64,000 nucleotides of DNA. It comes from an uncultured Acidobacteriota bacterium (lineage in GTDB: Bacteria > Acidobacteriota > Thermoanaerobaculia > UBA5066). Location of the stretch: assembly GCA_963779415.1 (NCBI GenBank), contig CAVZYA010000001.1:800001-864000 (forward strand), written 5' to 3'. Below are positions 38,797 to 49,123 of this stretch, piece after piece. Position numbers and translations under genes: made by a program. Below the pieces are notes generated by a model. The model was not told where the DNA came from and did no database searches. It saw only the letters and a program-made list of their open reading frames with translations. Every line of letters starts with the position of its first letter. Positions within the stretch are counted from its first letter, which is position 1.

Positions 38797-39033
38797 ATGA
38801 CGACCCTGACCGAAGAGTTGAAGCGCCAGCTCACCGACTCGCACGACGAGTTCCGGACCCTGATGAAGAGCCACCGCGAACACGAGCGCCGGCTCGCGGA
38901 GCTGGCATCCAAGACCTTCCTGACGACCGACGAGGAGATGGAAGAAAAGCGCCTGAAGAAGGAGAAGCTTCACCTCAAGGACCGAATGGAAGAAATCGGG
39001 CGCGAGCATCGCGCACGCGTTTCGGCGCACTAG
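38797..39033 (+). CDS. DUF465/YdcH-like small coiled-coil protein
   Basis: EF..L...H...E.RL...EEKRLKKEKLHLKD; AGGAGG RBS. Confidence 0.8.
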   Translation: MTTLTEELKRQLTDSHDEFRTLMKSHREHERRLAELASKTFLTTDEEMEEKRLKKEKLHLKDRMEEIGREHRARVSAH

Positions 39034-39074
39034 AAGAGAAGTTCCGGGGAAGCCGGGAAGGCGACCCCGTTTTC

Positions 39075-39860
39075 ATGTCCGAGCAGCCAACCGGGAAGCC
39101 CCACCGCGGCGTGCGGAGGGGGATCTACGTCCTCCCCGCGCTCTTCACGGTCGGGAACATCTTCTGCGGCTACCTCTCCATCGACTACGCCCTGAAGGGG
39201 AGCTTCGTGATGGGCGCCGCGCTCGTCTTCGTTGCGGCGTTCCTCGACGGGATCGACGGGCGCGTGGCCCGGATGACGCGGACGACGTCTGCCTTCGGCG
39301 AGCAGCTCGACTCGCTGGCCGACGTCGTCTCGTTCGGCGTCGCCCCCTCGTTCCTCGTCTACCGCTGGGGGCTCTCGACCTTCGACCGGCTCGGCCTCGC
39401 CGTCTCCTTCCTCTTCCTCGTCTGCGGCGCCTGTCGCCTGGCCCGCTTCAATGTGCAGGTGCACGTCGTGGACAAGAGGTTCTTCGTCGGCCTTCCGATC
39501 CCGGCGGCCGCGGGGACCCTCTCCGCGCTCATCTGGACCTTCTCCGAGAGCCCCGCCGACGAGGTGAAGGCGGCGTTCCTGCCGGTCACCGTCCTCCTTT
39601 CGTTCCTGATGGTCTCCACGTTCCGCTACCGGTCGTTCAAGGACATCGACCTCCGGTCCCGGCGCTCCGCGCTCCTCGTGCCGCTCGTGGGACTCGTCCT
39701 CGCGGCGATCCTCTGGCGGCCGCAGTGGGCCTTCGGCGCCCTCCTCGTCGTCTACTCGCTCTCGGCTCCCGTGACGAGGCTTCTCACCCTGCGTCCTTCG
39801 TTCCTCTCGCGGAAGGCTTCCGGGCCGGGCGAGAAGACCCCGATCCCGCCGTCCGGCTGA
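39075..39860 (+). CDS. pssA: CDP-diacylglycerol--serine O-phosphatidyltransferase
   Basis: DGIDGRVAR...FGEQLDSLADVVSFGVAP, RLARFN, FVGLPIP. Confidence 0.93.
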   Translation: MSEQPTGKPHRGVRRGIYVLPALFTVGNIFCGYLSIDYALKGSFVMGAALVFVAAFLDGIDGRVARMTRTTSAFGEQLDSLADVVSFGVAPSFLVYRWGLSTFDRLGLAVSFLFLVCGACRLARFNVQVHVVDKRFFVGLPIPAAAGTLSALIWTFSESPADEVKAAFLPVTVLLSFLMVSTFRYRSFKDIDLRSRRSALLVPLVGLVLAAILWRPQWAFGALLVVYSLSAPVTRLLTLRPSFLSRKASGPGEKTPIPPSG

Positions 39861-39876
39861 AGGAGCGGGCCGCGAG

Positions 39877-40878
39877 ATGACCCCCTCGTCGTCCCCCCGC
39901 GGCCTCGTCGTCGCCGTGCTCGAACCGATGACGCTCCTCGGGCGCGACGTCCTGGCCGTCCTCAAGGAGCGCGGCTTTCCGGCCTCCCGCACACTTCTCT
40001 TCCACACCCGCGGCCCCGACGGGCTCCTCGCCGAGGAGGAGGGCGAGGCCGCCTTCGTCGCCCCCGCGACGCCCGACGCGCTGGAGACGGCCGACGTCGC
40101 CTTCTTCTGCGGGAAAGCCGCCGACACGGCTCGCTTTCTCGAGGCCCGGACTCCCGACGCCTGTATCGCGATCGACCTCTCCGGTCTCCGGAGCGGCGGC
40201 ATCTTCACCCGCCCGGACGATTCGCCGGGAGCCCCGCCCCTTCCCGGGGGAAACCTCTTTCTCACCTTCGAGCCGGTCGCCTCCGTCCTCGCCGAAGCGG
40301 TTTCCGTCGTCGACGCCCTCGTTCCCGTCGCGGCTCTCACGGCCGCCGTCGACCGGCCGGCAAGCGAGCTGGGGAAGGAGGCGCTCGACGAGCTGTTCCG
40401 CCAGGCGATCGCGATCGCCCGGTTCGAAGCGCCACCAAAGGAGAAATTCGGGACCCAGGTCGCGTTCAACGCGCACTTCCCCGCCGACACGGCCGGGTAC
40501 GAGTCGCGGGTCGCGGAGGACGTCGCGCGACTTCTCGGGCGGCCCCTCCCGACCACGATCCTCTCCGTCCGCAGCGGCGTCTTTCACGGTCATCTCCTCC
40601 GCCTCGAGATCCGAACGAACGGCCCCGCGCCGGACGCCGGCGACATCCGCACCGCTTTCCGGAAGAAGGCTTCCTTCGAGGAGAGCGACCCCGAGAGCCT
40701 CTCCGGGCCCGTCGAGGCCGCCGGACGCGACGAGACGCTCCTTTTGCACGCGGACTCCTCGGGGACGTCGGTCCGGCTCGGCCTGGCGAGCGACCATCTC
40801 CGCCACGCGGGCGCCGTCATGGCCGTCCGCCTCGCGGAGCAGGCCGTCCGCGAGCGCGGCCTCCTCGCCGACGCCTGA
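39877..40878 (+). CDS. Aspartate-semialdehyde dehydrogenase-like (Usg-like) protein, degenerate
   Basis: L.ERGFP, DVAFF, IDLS, QVAFN, VFHGH features of the Asd fold; GATG and catalytic NC motifs absent. Confidence 0.7.
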   Translation: MTPSSSPRGLVVAVLEPMTLLGRDVLAVLKERGFPASRTLLFHTRGPDGLLAEEEGEAAFVAPATPDALETADVAFFCGKAADTARFLEARTPDACIAIDLSGLRSGGIFTRPDDSPGAPPLPGGNLFLTFEPVASVLAEAVSVVDALVPVAALTAAVDRPASELGKEALDELFRQAIAIARFEAPPKEKFGTQVAFNAHFPADTAGYESRVAEDVARLLGRPLPTTILSVRSGVFHGHLLRLEIRTNGPAPDAGDIRTAFRKKASFEESDPESLSGPVEAAGRDETLLLHADSSGTSVRLGLASDHLRHAGAVMAVRLAEQAVRERGLLADA

Positions 40879-40882
40879 AACC

Positions 40883-42385
40883 CTAGCGGCGGCCGGGCTT
40901 CGGCGACTGTGCGGCGAAGACCGCCTCCGTCTCGGGACCGTCGAAGATCTTCCCGTCGGGTCCCGTCAGGTGCCAGCTCACGAAGACCTTCGGCCGCGAG
41001 CCGCTCACCCGGATCGCATCGGTCTCCTTCACCTCTTCGGGAGCGAAGAGGTTCTCGAAGAGCCGCGCGACGACGGCATGCCCGAGGTTCGCGGGACGGT
41101 ACCCTTCCGCCTGAGACGAGAGGAGCTCGAAGCGGTCGAAGTCCCCGAGACGGACGGCCGAGAAGACTCCCCCTTCGACGCGCACCTGGACCCAGTTGTT
41201 GAGGCGCGAGAGGTCCGACGGAGTCACGGACGGATTCGCCACGCGCAGGGAGAATTCGGTCCAACCGGCGCCCGAGCTTCCGGAGAGCGCCTCGACCTGC
41301 AGCCTCAGATCGAGCGGCTTTCCGGTCAGGAGGTCGCGAACGGCCGAATAGCCGACGAGATGAGGATCGCGCGGGATCCCTTCGATCAGAAAGACGCGCC
41401 CGAGAAGCCGCGGAGCGTTCCAGCGGGAGGCGAGGCCGAGGAGCCGGACCGCCTCGGAAAAGCTGAGAAGCTGGAATCGCGCGGAGCCGCCGTCCGACGC
41501 GAGCCGGGAGTCCGCGAGGCGCGCGCCCGGCCGGATCCGGAAGGTGTAGAGGCTTCCCGCCTCCTCGGAGAGGACCTGCCCGAAGGAGAAGTCGAGCGAT
41601 CGGTCGGAGGAGAGCCCCGCCATTTCGCCGTCCGGAAGCCAGCGTCCGAGAAACGCCTTGCCGTCGCCGGCCCGGCCGAAGCCCCCCGGAGCGATCAGGA
41701 GGCGGAACGGAAGCGGCATCTCCTTCGCCGTCTCGTCGCTGATCTCGGGAACGAGACGGTCTCCCAGCTCGGGCCTTCGTCCGAAGGAGAAGAGCAGAGC
41801 CTCGTCGGCGACTCCAGCGAGCGGCTTCCACGAAGCCGGGGGCTCCGTCCCGCGCAGTGTCACCGACACCGGAAGGCCGCCGAGGCCGGACTTCATTGCC
41901 CGAATGGCGTCGGCGAGAGCCGATGCGTTCTCCGGAAGCGGATCGAGATGAAGGTGGATCCCCGCGATCTCCCCCCACCCCTTCGCCTCGGCGAGAATCG
42001 GAACGAGGGACCTGGCCCAGCTCTGCCCGAGGATGTCGCCTCCGCCCGAAGCGAGGACGGCCGCGGCCGAAGGTTCTCCGATGACGGAAAGGAAAACGGG
42101 ACGGGAGATCTTCGTGGGAGGCGGCGGCAGCGGCACGAGCTTCCCGTCCTTCCGGAGGGCGGCTGCGGCGACGTAGAGTCTCCCGATCCCCATCGCCGAT
42201 AGCTCCGTGTCGTTCTCGTCCGGCACCCAGGCCGGCGCGGCGGCGAGGAAGAGGGCGTCCCCCGTCGCCTTCGCCCCCCCGGAGGAGCGTCCCGGCGTCG
42301 CTCCCCGGCGGCACCCCGGGATGAACAGAAGAAGCACGGCCGCGGCGAGAGCCGCGGCCCGAAGCCGCCGCCGCAAGATCGTCAC
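40883..42385 (-). CDS. Hypothetical lipoprotein
   Basis: Basic N-terminus, hydrophobic stretch and FIPGC; 500 aa with protein-like composition. Confidence 0.65.
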   Translation of the reverse strand: MTILRRRLRAAALAAAVLLLFIPGCRRGATPGRSSGGAKATGDALFLAAAPAWVPDENDTELSAMGIGRLYVAAAALRKDGKLVPLPPPPTKISRPVFLSVIGEPSAAAVLASGGGDILGQSWARSLVPILAEAKGWGEIAGIHLHLDPLPENASALADAIRAMKSGLGGLPVSVTLRGTEPPASWKPLAGVADEALLFSFGRRPELGDRLVPEISDETAKEMPLPFRLLIAPGGFGRAGDGKAFLGRWLPDGEMAGLSSDRSLDFSFGQVLSEEAGSLYTFRIRPGARLADSRLASDGGSARFQLLSFSEAVRLLGLASRWNAPRLLGRVFLIEGIPRDPHLVGYSAVRDLLTGKPLDLRLQVEALSGSSGAGWTEFSLRVANPSVTPSDLSRLNNWVQVRVEGGVFSAVRLGDFDRFELLSSQAEGYRPANLGHAVVARLFENLFAPEEVKETDAIRVSGSRPKVFVSWHLTGPDGKIFDGPETEAVFAAQSPKPGRR

Positions 42386-42392
42386 GAAACGA

Positions 42393-45300
42393 TCATAGCG
42401 CCGGGAGAATGAATCCGACGACGAGGCCGCCCCCCTCTGCCGGGGCGGCGAAGACCGTGCCGCCGTGCCGCTCCACGGACCGCCGCACCGTCGCCAGACC
42501 CACGCCCGACCCTCGGGACTTCGTCGAAAAGGCCGGCTCGAAGAGCCGGTCTAGGCTGTCCCGCGTCAGGCCGGGCCCGTCGTCGGCGCAGGCGAAGCGA
42601 ATCCCTCTTCCACCGCTCGACAGCGTTGCCGGCGAGGCCGAGAGACGGATCGTCCCGGGCCGCGGGCCGATCGCTTCGAGCGCGTTCACGACGAGATTCG
42701 TCAGCGCGTCGCGGACGAGGATCGGGTCGGCGGCGACGGCGGGGAGATCCTCGGAGGCCTCGACGACGAGCCGGACGCTCTCGACGCCGGCGTAGTCCGA
42801 CGCGAGCCCCGAAAGAAGCGCCTTGACGCCCGCGGCGCCGAGAGGCCGGGGCTCGAGTGCGGAAGGGTCCGAGAAGCGGGCGAGCCGCCCGATCCGTTCC
42901 GTCAGGATCGCCACCTGGCGGAGAATGCTGGAGCCTGCCTCCGCGACCGCGCCGGGGGAAATCCCCCCGTCGCGGGCCGAGAGACGGACAAGCCGCTCGG
43001 CGGCGAGCCGGACGGGCGTGAGTGGGTTCTTCACGTCGTGCGCCACGGCGCGGGCCGCGTCGACCCACGCACCGAGCCGGTCCGCGCGGACGAACTCCGT
43101 CAGGTCCTCGAGAAGGAGGAGGGCTCGCGGGCCCGACTCGTCGGGCGACAGCTCCATCGCGACGACACGGAAGACGTGCCGCTTGCCGCCCGCGGCCACG
43201 GCAATCCGGCGCTCGACGGGCTCGCGCCGGCGCGCGGCTTCCTGGACGATCTCCCGGATCGGCTCCCAGGACGGATCGGCGAGCTTATCCGGAAGGGTCG
43301 CGCCGGGGATCAGGTCGTCGGCGGCGGGATTCGAGAGAAGGATCGTGCCGTCGGCGCGCCGGAAGAGAAGGACCGCAGCCGTCAGATTCGCCAGGAGGCC
43401 GACAGCCGTCTCGCGCTCGCGGGCGAGCGACTCCGTCCGCTCGCGCACGCGGGCGCCCATCGCCTCGAACGCCTCGACGAGACGCCGGAGGTCGACGTTG
43501 CGCGGGGGCTCGAGGGGCGGCGGCGCCGAGCCGGAGCCGATCTGCTCCGCGGCTCCGATCAGATCCTCGATCGGCTTGCCGAGCGCGAGGGCGGCCCGGC
43601 CGCCGAAGCCGAACGCGAGAAGCGCGACGGCCACGGCGAACAGGACGATCCCGTCCAGGGCCCCCCGCGCCGCCTCGTCCTCGGCGACGACGACGGCCAG
43701 GGAGTCCCTTGCCTCACTGTCCAGCGCTTCGGCCGCCTGGACGACGCGCGGCCCGGAACGCGTCCGCCGGAGGGCCGGAGAGGAAGCCTCGCGCTTGCCT
43801 TCAGCGAGCGCCTCGGCGACGGAGGCCTCGAGACGCCCCTCGGCCACCTCGGCGGTGACGGGAACGGCTCGCGAGGCGAAGGCCCTCGCGCCATCCCGAT
43901 AGAGGAAGAGGTCGCTGCCGACGACGGCGGCGGCCCGGTTCAGCTCTGCGGGCCCCGCGACGCCTGCGGGCTGCGCTTCGAGCGCCCGCCGTCCCTCGGC
44001 AAGGAGGTTCCGGGCCCGGAGGACGGTATCCCGGGCGGAGTGGCGGTCGAGCGCGAGTCGGATGACGACGACGCTCCCTGCGAGCGGCAGCGCGCCGAAG
44101 AGGACGACGAGGGTCACGAGGCGCGCGCGATAGGTCCGGAGAAGCGGCCCACGATCCCGTCCGACCCGCCGACCCGGCCCGGTCCCGGCCACGAGCACGA
44201 GAAAGACGATCGGGAGGGCCGATTCCGCCGCCGCCACGGCGGCGCCGAGCGAGAGGAGGACCGGCTCGCCGGGAGCCACGAACGCCACGAACCCCGGAGA
44301 GCGCTCCCGGACGCGGAGGCGGAGGAGCCCCTCGGACGTGAAAAGCTGGCCGAGCGCGAGGCCCTTTCGCCGTGCCTCCTCGCACAGCCGTTCCGGAAGC
44401 TCGACCGGATCGGCGCGCGTGACCCCGCTCGCCCGCCCGGCCGCGTCGTACTCGAACCGCTCGACGAGAACCGGCGACAGGAGAGGGTCCGCGGCCACGT
44501 CCGCCAGAAGCGGATCGCGGTCCAACTCGCGCGGCCACGGCACCCGCACCCACTCGGCCGCGAACGGAACCGGGAGCCGGGCGCTCTCGAGCGTGCCGCG
44601 CGAGTCCGCTCCCGGACGCGTGACGCCGAACGCGGAGACGACCTTCCCCCCGGAGTCGCGAAGGCGAAGGACGTCGCCCGGACCGGGGAACGACTCCGAG
44701 GCCCCGCGGACGAAGAGAGCGCGTGCGAGGTCGGAGACGAGCGTCCGCCGGCCCGCCGGAAGCCAGATATCCGGCCCGGACGTTCGAAGCCGCTCCTCCC
44801 ACTCCCGCACCGCCGCGCCTCCATCCCCGCCCGGGTCCCTGCCGTCCGCCTCTTCGAGCGCCGCGTCGATCCGCCTCATCTTCCCGTGGGAAAGGCCGAC
44901 GCCGGCCGAGGCGGCGGCCCCGGCGACGAGGAACGCCGCCGTCGCGGCGCGACCGAGGAGGTCGCGTCCGCCGTCGGAATGTCGCCGACGCGCCAGGACG
45001 AGGCCGAGTGTCACCCCGCCGAGGCCCGCGAAGAGCGCGCCGGAGCGCGTCGCCTCGCTTCCTCCGGCGACGACGAGGAGAGTGGTCCCCGCGGCGAGAA
45101 GGAGTCCCGGCTTCAGCCGGCCGGCGAAGCGGCTCCAGAGAAGCGCCGTCGCGCCGACGGAGCTCGTCGCGAGAAGAAGGCCTCCGGACTGAAGGAAAAA
45201 GACAGCCGCGCTCTCCGGCACGAGGTCCATCGACGAGAAGAGGTCCGGGAAGAGCTCGCCGACGGCGCGGCCGAGGAGATAAGGAAGGAGCGCCAGCGGA

Positions 45301-46266
45301 AGTCCCGCGAGGAGGCGGACCGGCGCACGCCACGCGACGCGCCGGCCGTCCCCCCAGGCGATGCGGAGCAGGGCAAGCGCGAGGAGCCCGGTGAGAAAGA
45401 CGTCGGCGGGAGTCGCGAGGAGCCCGAAGTCGAGGGAGCCCGCGGAGCCGAGCGACCGCCAGAGACCCGACTCCCCGCGAGGGGCGCCGAAAAGAAGGGC
45501 GAGGCGCGACAGGAGAAGGGACGGCGCGAGGCGTCGCGCGGCGAGGCCGAATGCGATCCAGAGCGCTGCCGCCCCCAGCGCAGGGATGCGGGCGCGAGCA
45601 CGCTCGGCATCGTCGCGAAGAAGCGCGGGATCCGAAGGCTCCGAAAAGAGCCGGACCAGCCGTCCCGCGACGCCCGAGGCGGCGGCATGGATCCGGGCAC
45701 GCGTCGGCGAGCCCGGGAGATCGAAGAACTCGATCAGGTCCGGGCGGAGCAGGCCGGTCGGGTAGCGCCGGGAGACGATGAGAAGGCCGCGTCGCTCACC
45801 CGCCACGATTCGAACCGAGCTCCACGCCACGGTGAAGCGAACCGAATGGAACGAGGCGGCGACTCCTCCGTTCGCGGCGTCCGAGGTCCTCCTCGATCTC
45901 GACCGGCTCGCCCGCCCAGGCGACCGCGCGATCCGTGGCGTCCGCGAAGAGGATCCCCCAGCCCGGTCCCGTGGGGAGCGCGCCGGCAAGGATCGAGAAG
46001 AGCCTCGCGGGGCGCACTTCCGCGCCCCCTCCGTCCACGACCCCGGCGAAAGCGGGCGATCTCTGGAGGGAGGAAGCGACCTCCGCCATCCGCTTCGCGT
46101 CGCCGTCGAGCGCGGCGCCCGCCTCGCGGAGGAACCGCTCCTCGCGGTCCCGAAGAGTCGCCTCGGAGACCGGCAGGACGCGAGCCACCGCCGCCGCCAG
46201 AAGTGCGAGAACGGCGGCCGCGAGGAGCCGGGCGTGGCGGGGGCGCCCGCCGGGGGCGCCGCTCAA
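42393..46266 (-). CDS. Large multi-TM HAMP/PAS sensor histidine kinase (NtrY-like), frameshift near 45880
   Basis: [11 protein letters not shown]-box, [25 protein letters not shown]; N-terminal part from TTG 46266 lies in another frame. Confidence 0.8.
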
Positions 46267-47948
46267 CGGCGCATCGGGACGACGAGACCGGTTCGCGCGG
46301 CGCACGCGATCGCCTCCGGATACCCGGCGTCCGCATGCCGAAGGACGCCCGTGGCCGGGTCCGTCGAGAGGACGCGCGCGAGGCGCCGCGAGGCGCCCTC
46401 CGTGCCGTCGGCCACGACGACCATCCCCGCGTGCACCGAGTAGCCGATCCCGACGCCGCCTCCGTGATGGATGGAGACCCACGTCGCTCCGGCGGCGGTA
46501 TTCACGAGCGCGTTGAGAAGCGGCCAGTCGGCGATGGCGTCGCTCCCGTCGCGCATCCCCTCCGTCTCCCGGTTCGGAGACGCGACGGAGCCGGCGTCGA
46601 GGTGGTCGCGCCCGATCACGATCGGCGCCTTCACGCGCCCCGACCGGACCAGTTCGTTGAAGGCGAGGCCGGCCTTGGCCCTCTCGCCGTATCCGAGCCA
46701 GCAGATCCGCGCCGGAAGGCCCTGATAGGCGACCCGCTCGCGGGCGAGCCGGATCCACCGGGCGAGGGCCTCGTTCGCCGGGAAAAGATCGAGGACCGCG
46801 CGGTCCGTCGCCTCGATGTCGGCGGGGTCCCCGGAGAGCGCCGCCCAGCGGAACGGCCCTTTCCCTTCGCAGAAGAGGGGACGGATGTACCGGGGAACGA
46901 ACCCCTCGATCTCGAAGGCGCGCTTCTCGCCCGCCTTCTCGGCCTGCCCGCGGAGGTTGTTGCCGTAGTCGAAGGTGACGGCCCCGCGCGCCTTGAGCAC
47001 CAGCATCGCCGCCACGTGCGCCGCCATCGACCGGCCGGCGCGGCGCCGGTACTCCTCCGGGTCGGCCGAACGGAGCCGCAGTGCCTCCTCGTAGGGGAGG
47101 CCGTGGGGGACGTAGCCGTTCAGCTCGTCGTGGGCCGAGGTCTGGTCCGTCAGGATGTCGGGGACGATTCCGCGTGCGATGAGCCGCTCGAGAAGGTCGA
47201 CGGCGTTGGCCCGGACTCCGACCGAGACCGCCTCTCCCCCGTCGCGTGCCGCGAGCGCGCGGTCGATCGCCGCGTCGAGGTCGTCGAGGCGTTCGTCGAG
47301 GTACCGCGTCGCGCGGCGCTTCTCGATCCGGGCGGCGTCCACTTCGGCGATGAGCGCGGATCCCCCGTTCATCGTGACGGCGAGCGGCTGGGCGCCTCCC
47401 ATGCCGCCGAGCCCCGCCGTCACGGTGAGGCGGCCCCGGAGCGATCCGTCCGCCGACCCGAGGTCCTTCCGTCCGGCCGCGGCGAACGTCTCGAAAGTCC
47501 CCTGCAGGATCCCCTGGGTCCCGATGTAGATCCACGACCCCGCCGTCATCTGGCCGAACATGGTCAGCCCGAGCGCCTCGAGCCGCCGGAACTCGTCCCA
47601 CGTCCCCCACTTCGGGACGAGGTTCGCGTTCGCGATCAGGACGCGCGGCGCGTCGGCGTGCGTCGCGAGAACGCCGACCGGTTTTCCCGACTGGACGAGG
47701 AGCGTCTCGTCGTCCCCCAGCTGCCGCAGCTCCCGGAGGATCGCCTCGAGGCACTCCGGATTACGGGCGGCCTTCCCCGAGCCGCCGTAGACGACGAGGT
47801 CTTCCCGCCGCTCGGCCACCTCGGGATCGAGGTTGTTCAGGAGCATCCGGTACGCCGCTTCGGTCGACCAGGAACGGCAGGTGCGGACGGTCCCCCTCGG
47901 ACATACCGGCGGGGCATACCGAACGGGGAGCGAGGCGGCATGGCTCAT
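46263..47948 (-). CDS. hutU: Urocanate hydratase
   Basis: [55 protein letters not shown]; GGAGG RBS before ATG 47948. Confidence 0.97.
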   Translation of the reverse strand: MSHAASLPVRYAPPVCPRGTVRTCRSWSTEAAYRMLLNNLDPEVAERREDLVVYGGSGKAARNPECLEAILRELRQLGDDETLLVQSGKPVGVLATHADAPRVLIANANLVPKWGTWDEFRRLEALGLTMFGQMTAGSWIYIGTQGILQGTFETFAAAGRKDLGSADGSLRGRLTVTAGLGGMGGAQPLAVTMNGGSALIAEVDAARIEKRRATRYLDERLDDLDAAIDRALAARDGGEAVSVGVRANAVDLLERLIARGIVPDILTDQTSAHDELNGYVPHGLPYEEALRLRSADPEEYRRRAGRSMAAHVAAMLVLKARGAVTFDYGNNLRGQAEKAGEKRAFEIEGFVPRYIRPLFCEGKGPFRWAALSGDPADIEATDRAVLDLFPANEALARWIRLARERVAYQGLPARICWLGYGERAKAGLAFNELVRSGRVKAPIVIGRDHLDAGSVASPNRETEGMRDGSDAIADWPLLNALVNTAAGATWVSIHHGGGVGIGYSVHAGMVVVADGTEGASRRLARVLSTDPATGVLRHADAGYPEAIACAARTGLVVPMRR

Positions 47949-48009
47949 CTGTCCCTCCGCTCCGATGTTAGTCGCCGAAGCCCCGCCGTGAAGCGACGCG
48001 AAGGAGCCC

Positions 48010-48037
48010 TTGACTTTTTTACGCGACGCGTTATATT
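48010..48037 (+). promoter_or_regulatory. sigma70-like promoter with palindromic spacer upstream of the phaR-like gene
   Basis: TTGACT-16 bp-TATATT; spacer contains ACGCG-A-CGCGT; ATG follows 8 nt after the -10 with no RBS. Confidence 0.55.
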
Positions 48038-48045
48038 GTCCGGCA

Positions 48046-48657
48046 ATGGCTAACCCGACTGTCCGCCGGATCGTCCGGTACCGCAACCGCAAGCTCTACG
48101 AGTCCTCCGAGCGTCGCTTCGTCACGATCCACGACCTCGCCCGCAGCGTCTCGGAAGGGAACCGGGTGGAGGTCATCGACGCCGACAGCGGCGGCGACAT
48201 CACCGCGAAGATCCTTTCGCGGGCCCTCGCGTCGGGGAAGTCCCCCGTCACGGCGACGACGGACACGCTCACGCGCATCCTGCAGGCCGGGAGCGACGCC
48301 GCCCAGACGGTGGCCGAGGTCGTCGAGAAGGTCGGCGGAACCCGCGTGGCCGAGACCGTCCGCCGGGCCGCGCAGCCCGACCGGCTCGCCGAGACCCTCT
48401 CCCCCATCACGCGCCGCATCGACGAGGCGCGGCGTGACATGGAGCGCCTTGTCGGCGGCCTCGTCGAGAAGGGCCGCCTGAGCTGGGACGAGGCGAGCCT
48501 TCACAAGGAGATCGCCGAGCTGAAGCTCCGTCTCGCGCAGCTCGAGGCCATCGCCGGAGAGGCGCGGCGTCGCAAGGCACCCGTCGTCCCCCACGTTCCG
48601 AACCGGGAATCCGGACGCGACGCGTCCCTCCCGAAGTCACGAAGGAGAACCGCATGA
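48046..48657 (+). CDS. PhaR-type DNA-binding domain fused to phasin-like C-terminus
   Basis: [11 protein letters not shown]....FVT..DL...V..G..V.VID..SG.DIT..IL; C-terminal [11 protein letters not shown] + coiled coil. Confidence 0.82.
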   Translation: MANPTVRRIVRYRNRKLYESSERRFVTIHDLARSVSEGNRVEVIDADSGGDITAKILSRALASGKSPVTATTDTLTRILQAGSDAAQTVAEVVEKVGGTRVAETVRRAAQPDRLAETLSPITRRIDEARRDMERLVGGLVEKGRLSWDEASLHKEIAELKLRLAQLEAIAGEARRRKAPVVPHVPNRESGRDASLPKSRRRTA

Positions 48658-49052
48658 GAAAGCCGATGCACAAGTCCGCCCCCCTTCCCGAGATCGTCGC
48701 CAGCTCCCTCGACGGCGCCCTCAAGGCCGCGACCGAGAAGGTCGAGGTCCTCTCGGCCGACGCCAAGGCAGCGGCCACGAAGGTCGAGAAGAGCGTCCGC
48801 ACCGTGGCGAACCGCCTCAACTTCGACGTGAACAAGGCCCGGCGCGGTGCGGCCCGCTATGCCGAGGACCTGACGAAGAAGGTGAACGGCACCTTCGAAG
48901 GCCTGATTTCCGAGACCCTCCACCGCCTCAACGTCCCGACGCGCCGGGAGCTGAAGGACCTGACCAACAAGGTCGAAGTCCTCGGCCGGAAGATCGACGG
49001 CCTCGCCGCGGTCCGCCGCGGCGCGATGAAGCGCGTTCGCCGCGCCGCCTGA
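48654..49052 (+). CDS. Phasin-like (PhaF/PhaI type) granule-associated protein
   Basis: Ala/Lys-rich helix; LHRLNVPTRRELKDL..KVE.L...ID. Confidence 0.75.
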   Translation: MRKPMHKSAPLPEIVASSLDGALKAATEKVEVLSADAKAAATKVEKSVRTVANRLNFDVNKARRGAARYAEDLTKKVNGTFEGLISETLHRLNVPTRRELKDLTNKVEVLGRKIDGLAAVRRGAMKRVRRAA

Positions 49053-49123
49053 TCGCGGCGGCAGAAATCGACTACACTCGCGGGCGCTGGCTTCGGAGAA
49101 AAGCAGCGCCCTTTTTTTATCGC

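Noticed and set aside
43038-48053. Very long alternative-frame or antisense ORFs (e.g. 1671 aa at 43038-48053, 1236 aa at 34888-38598, 906 aa at 13702-16422, 789 aa at 61105-63474)
   Set aside because: Arg/Pro/Gly-rich shadows of well-supported genes; expected from stop-codon scarcity at very high GC
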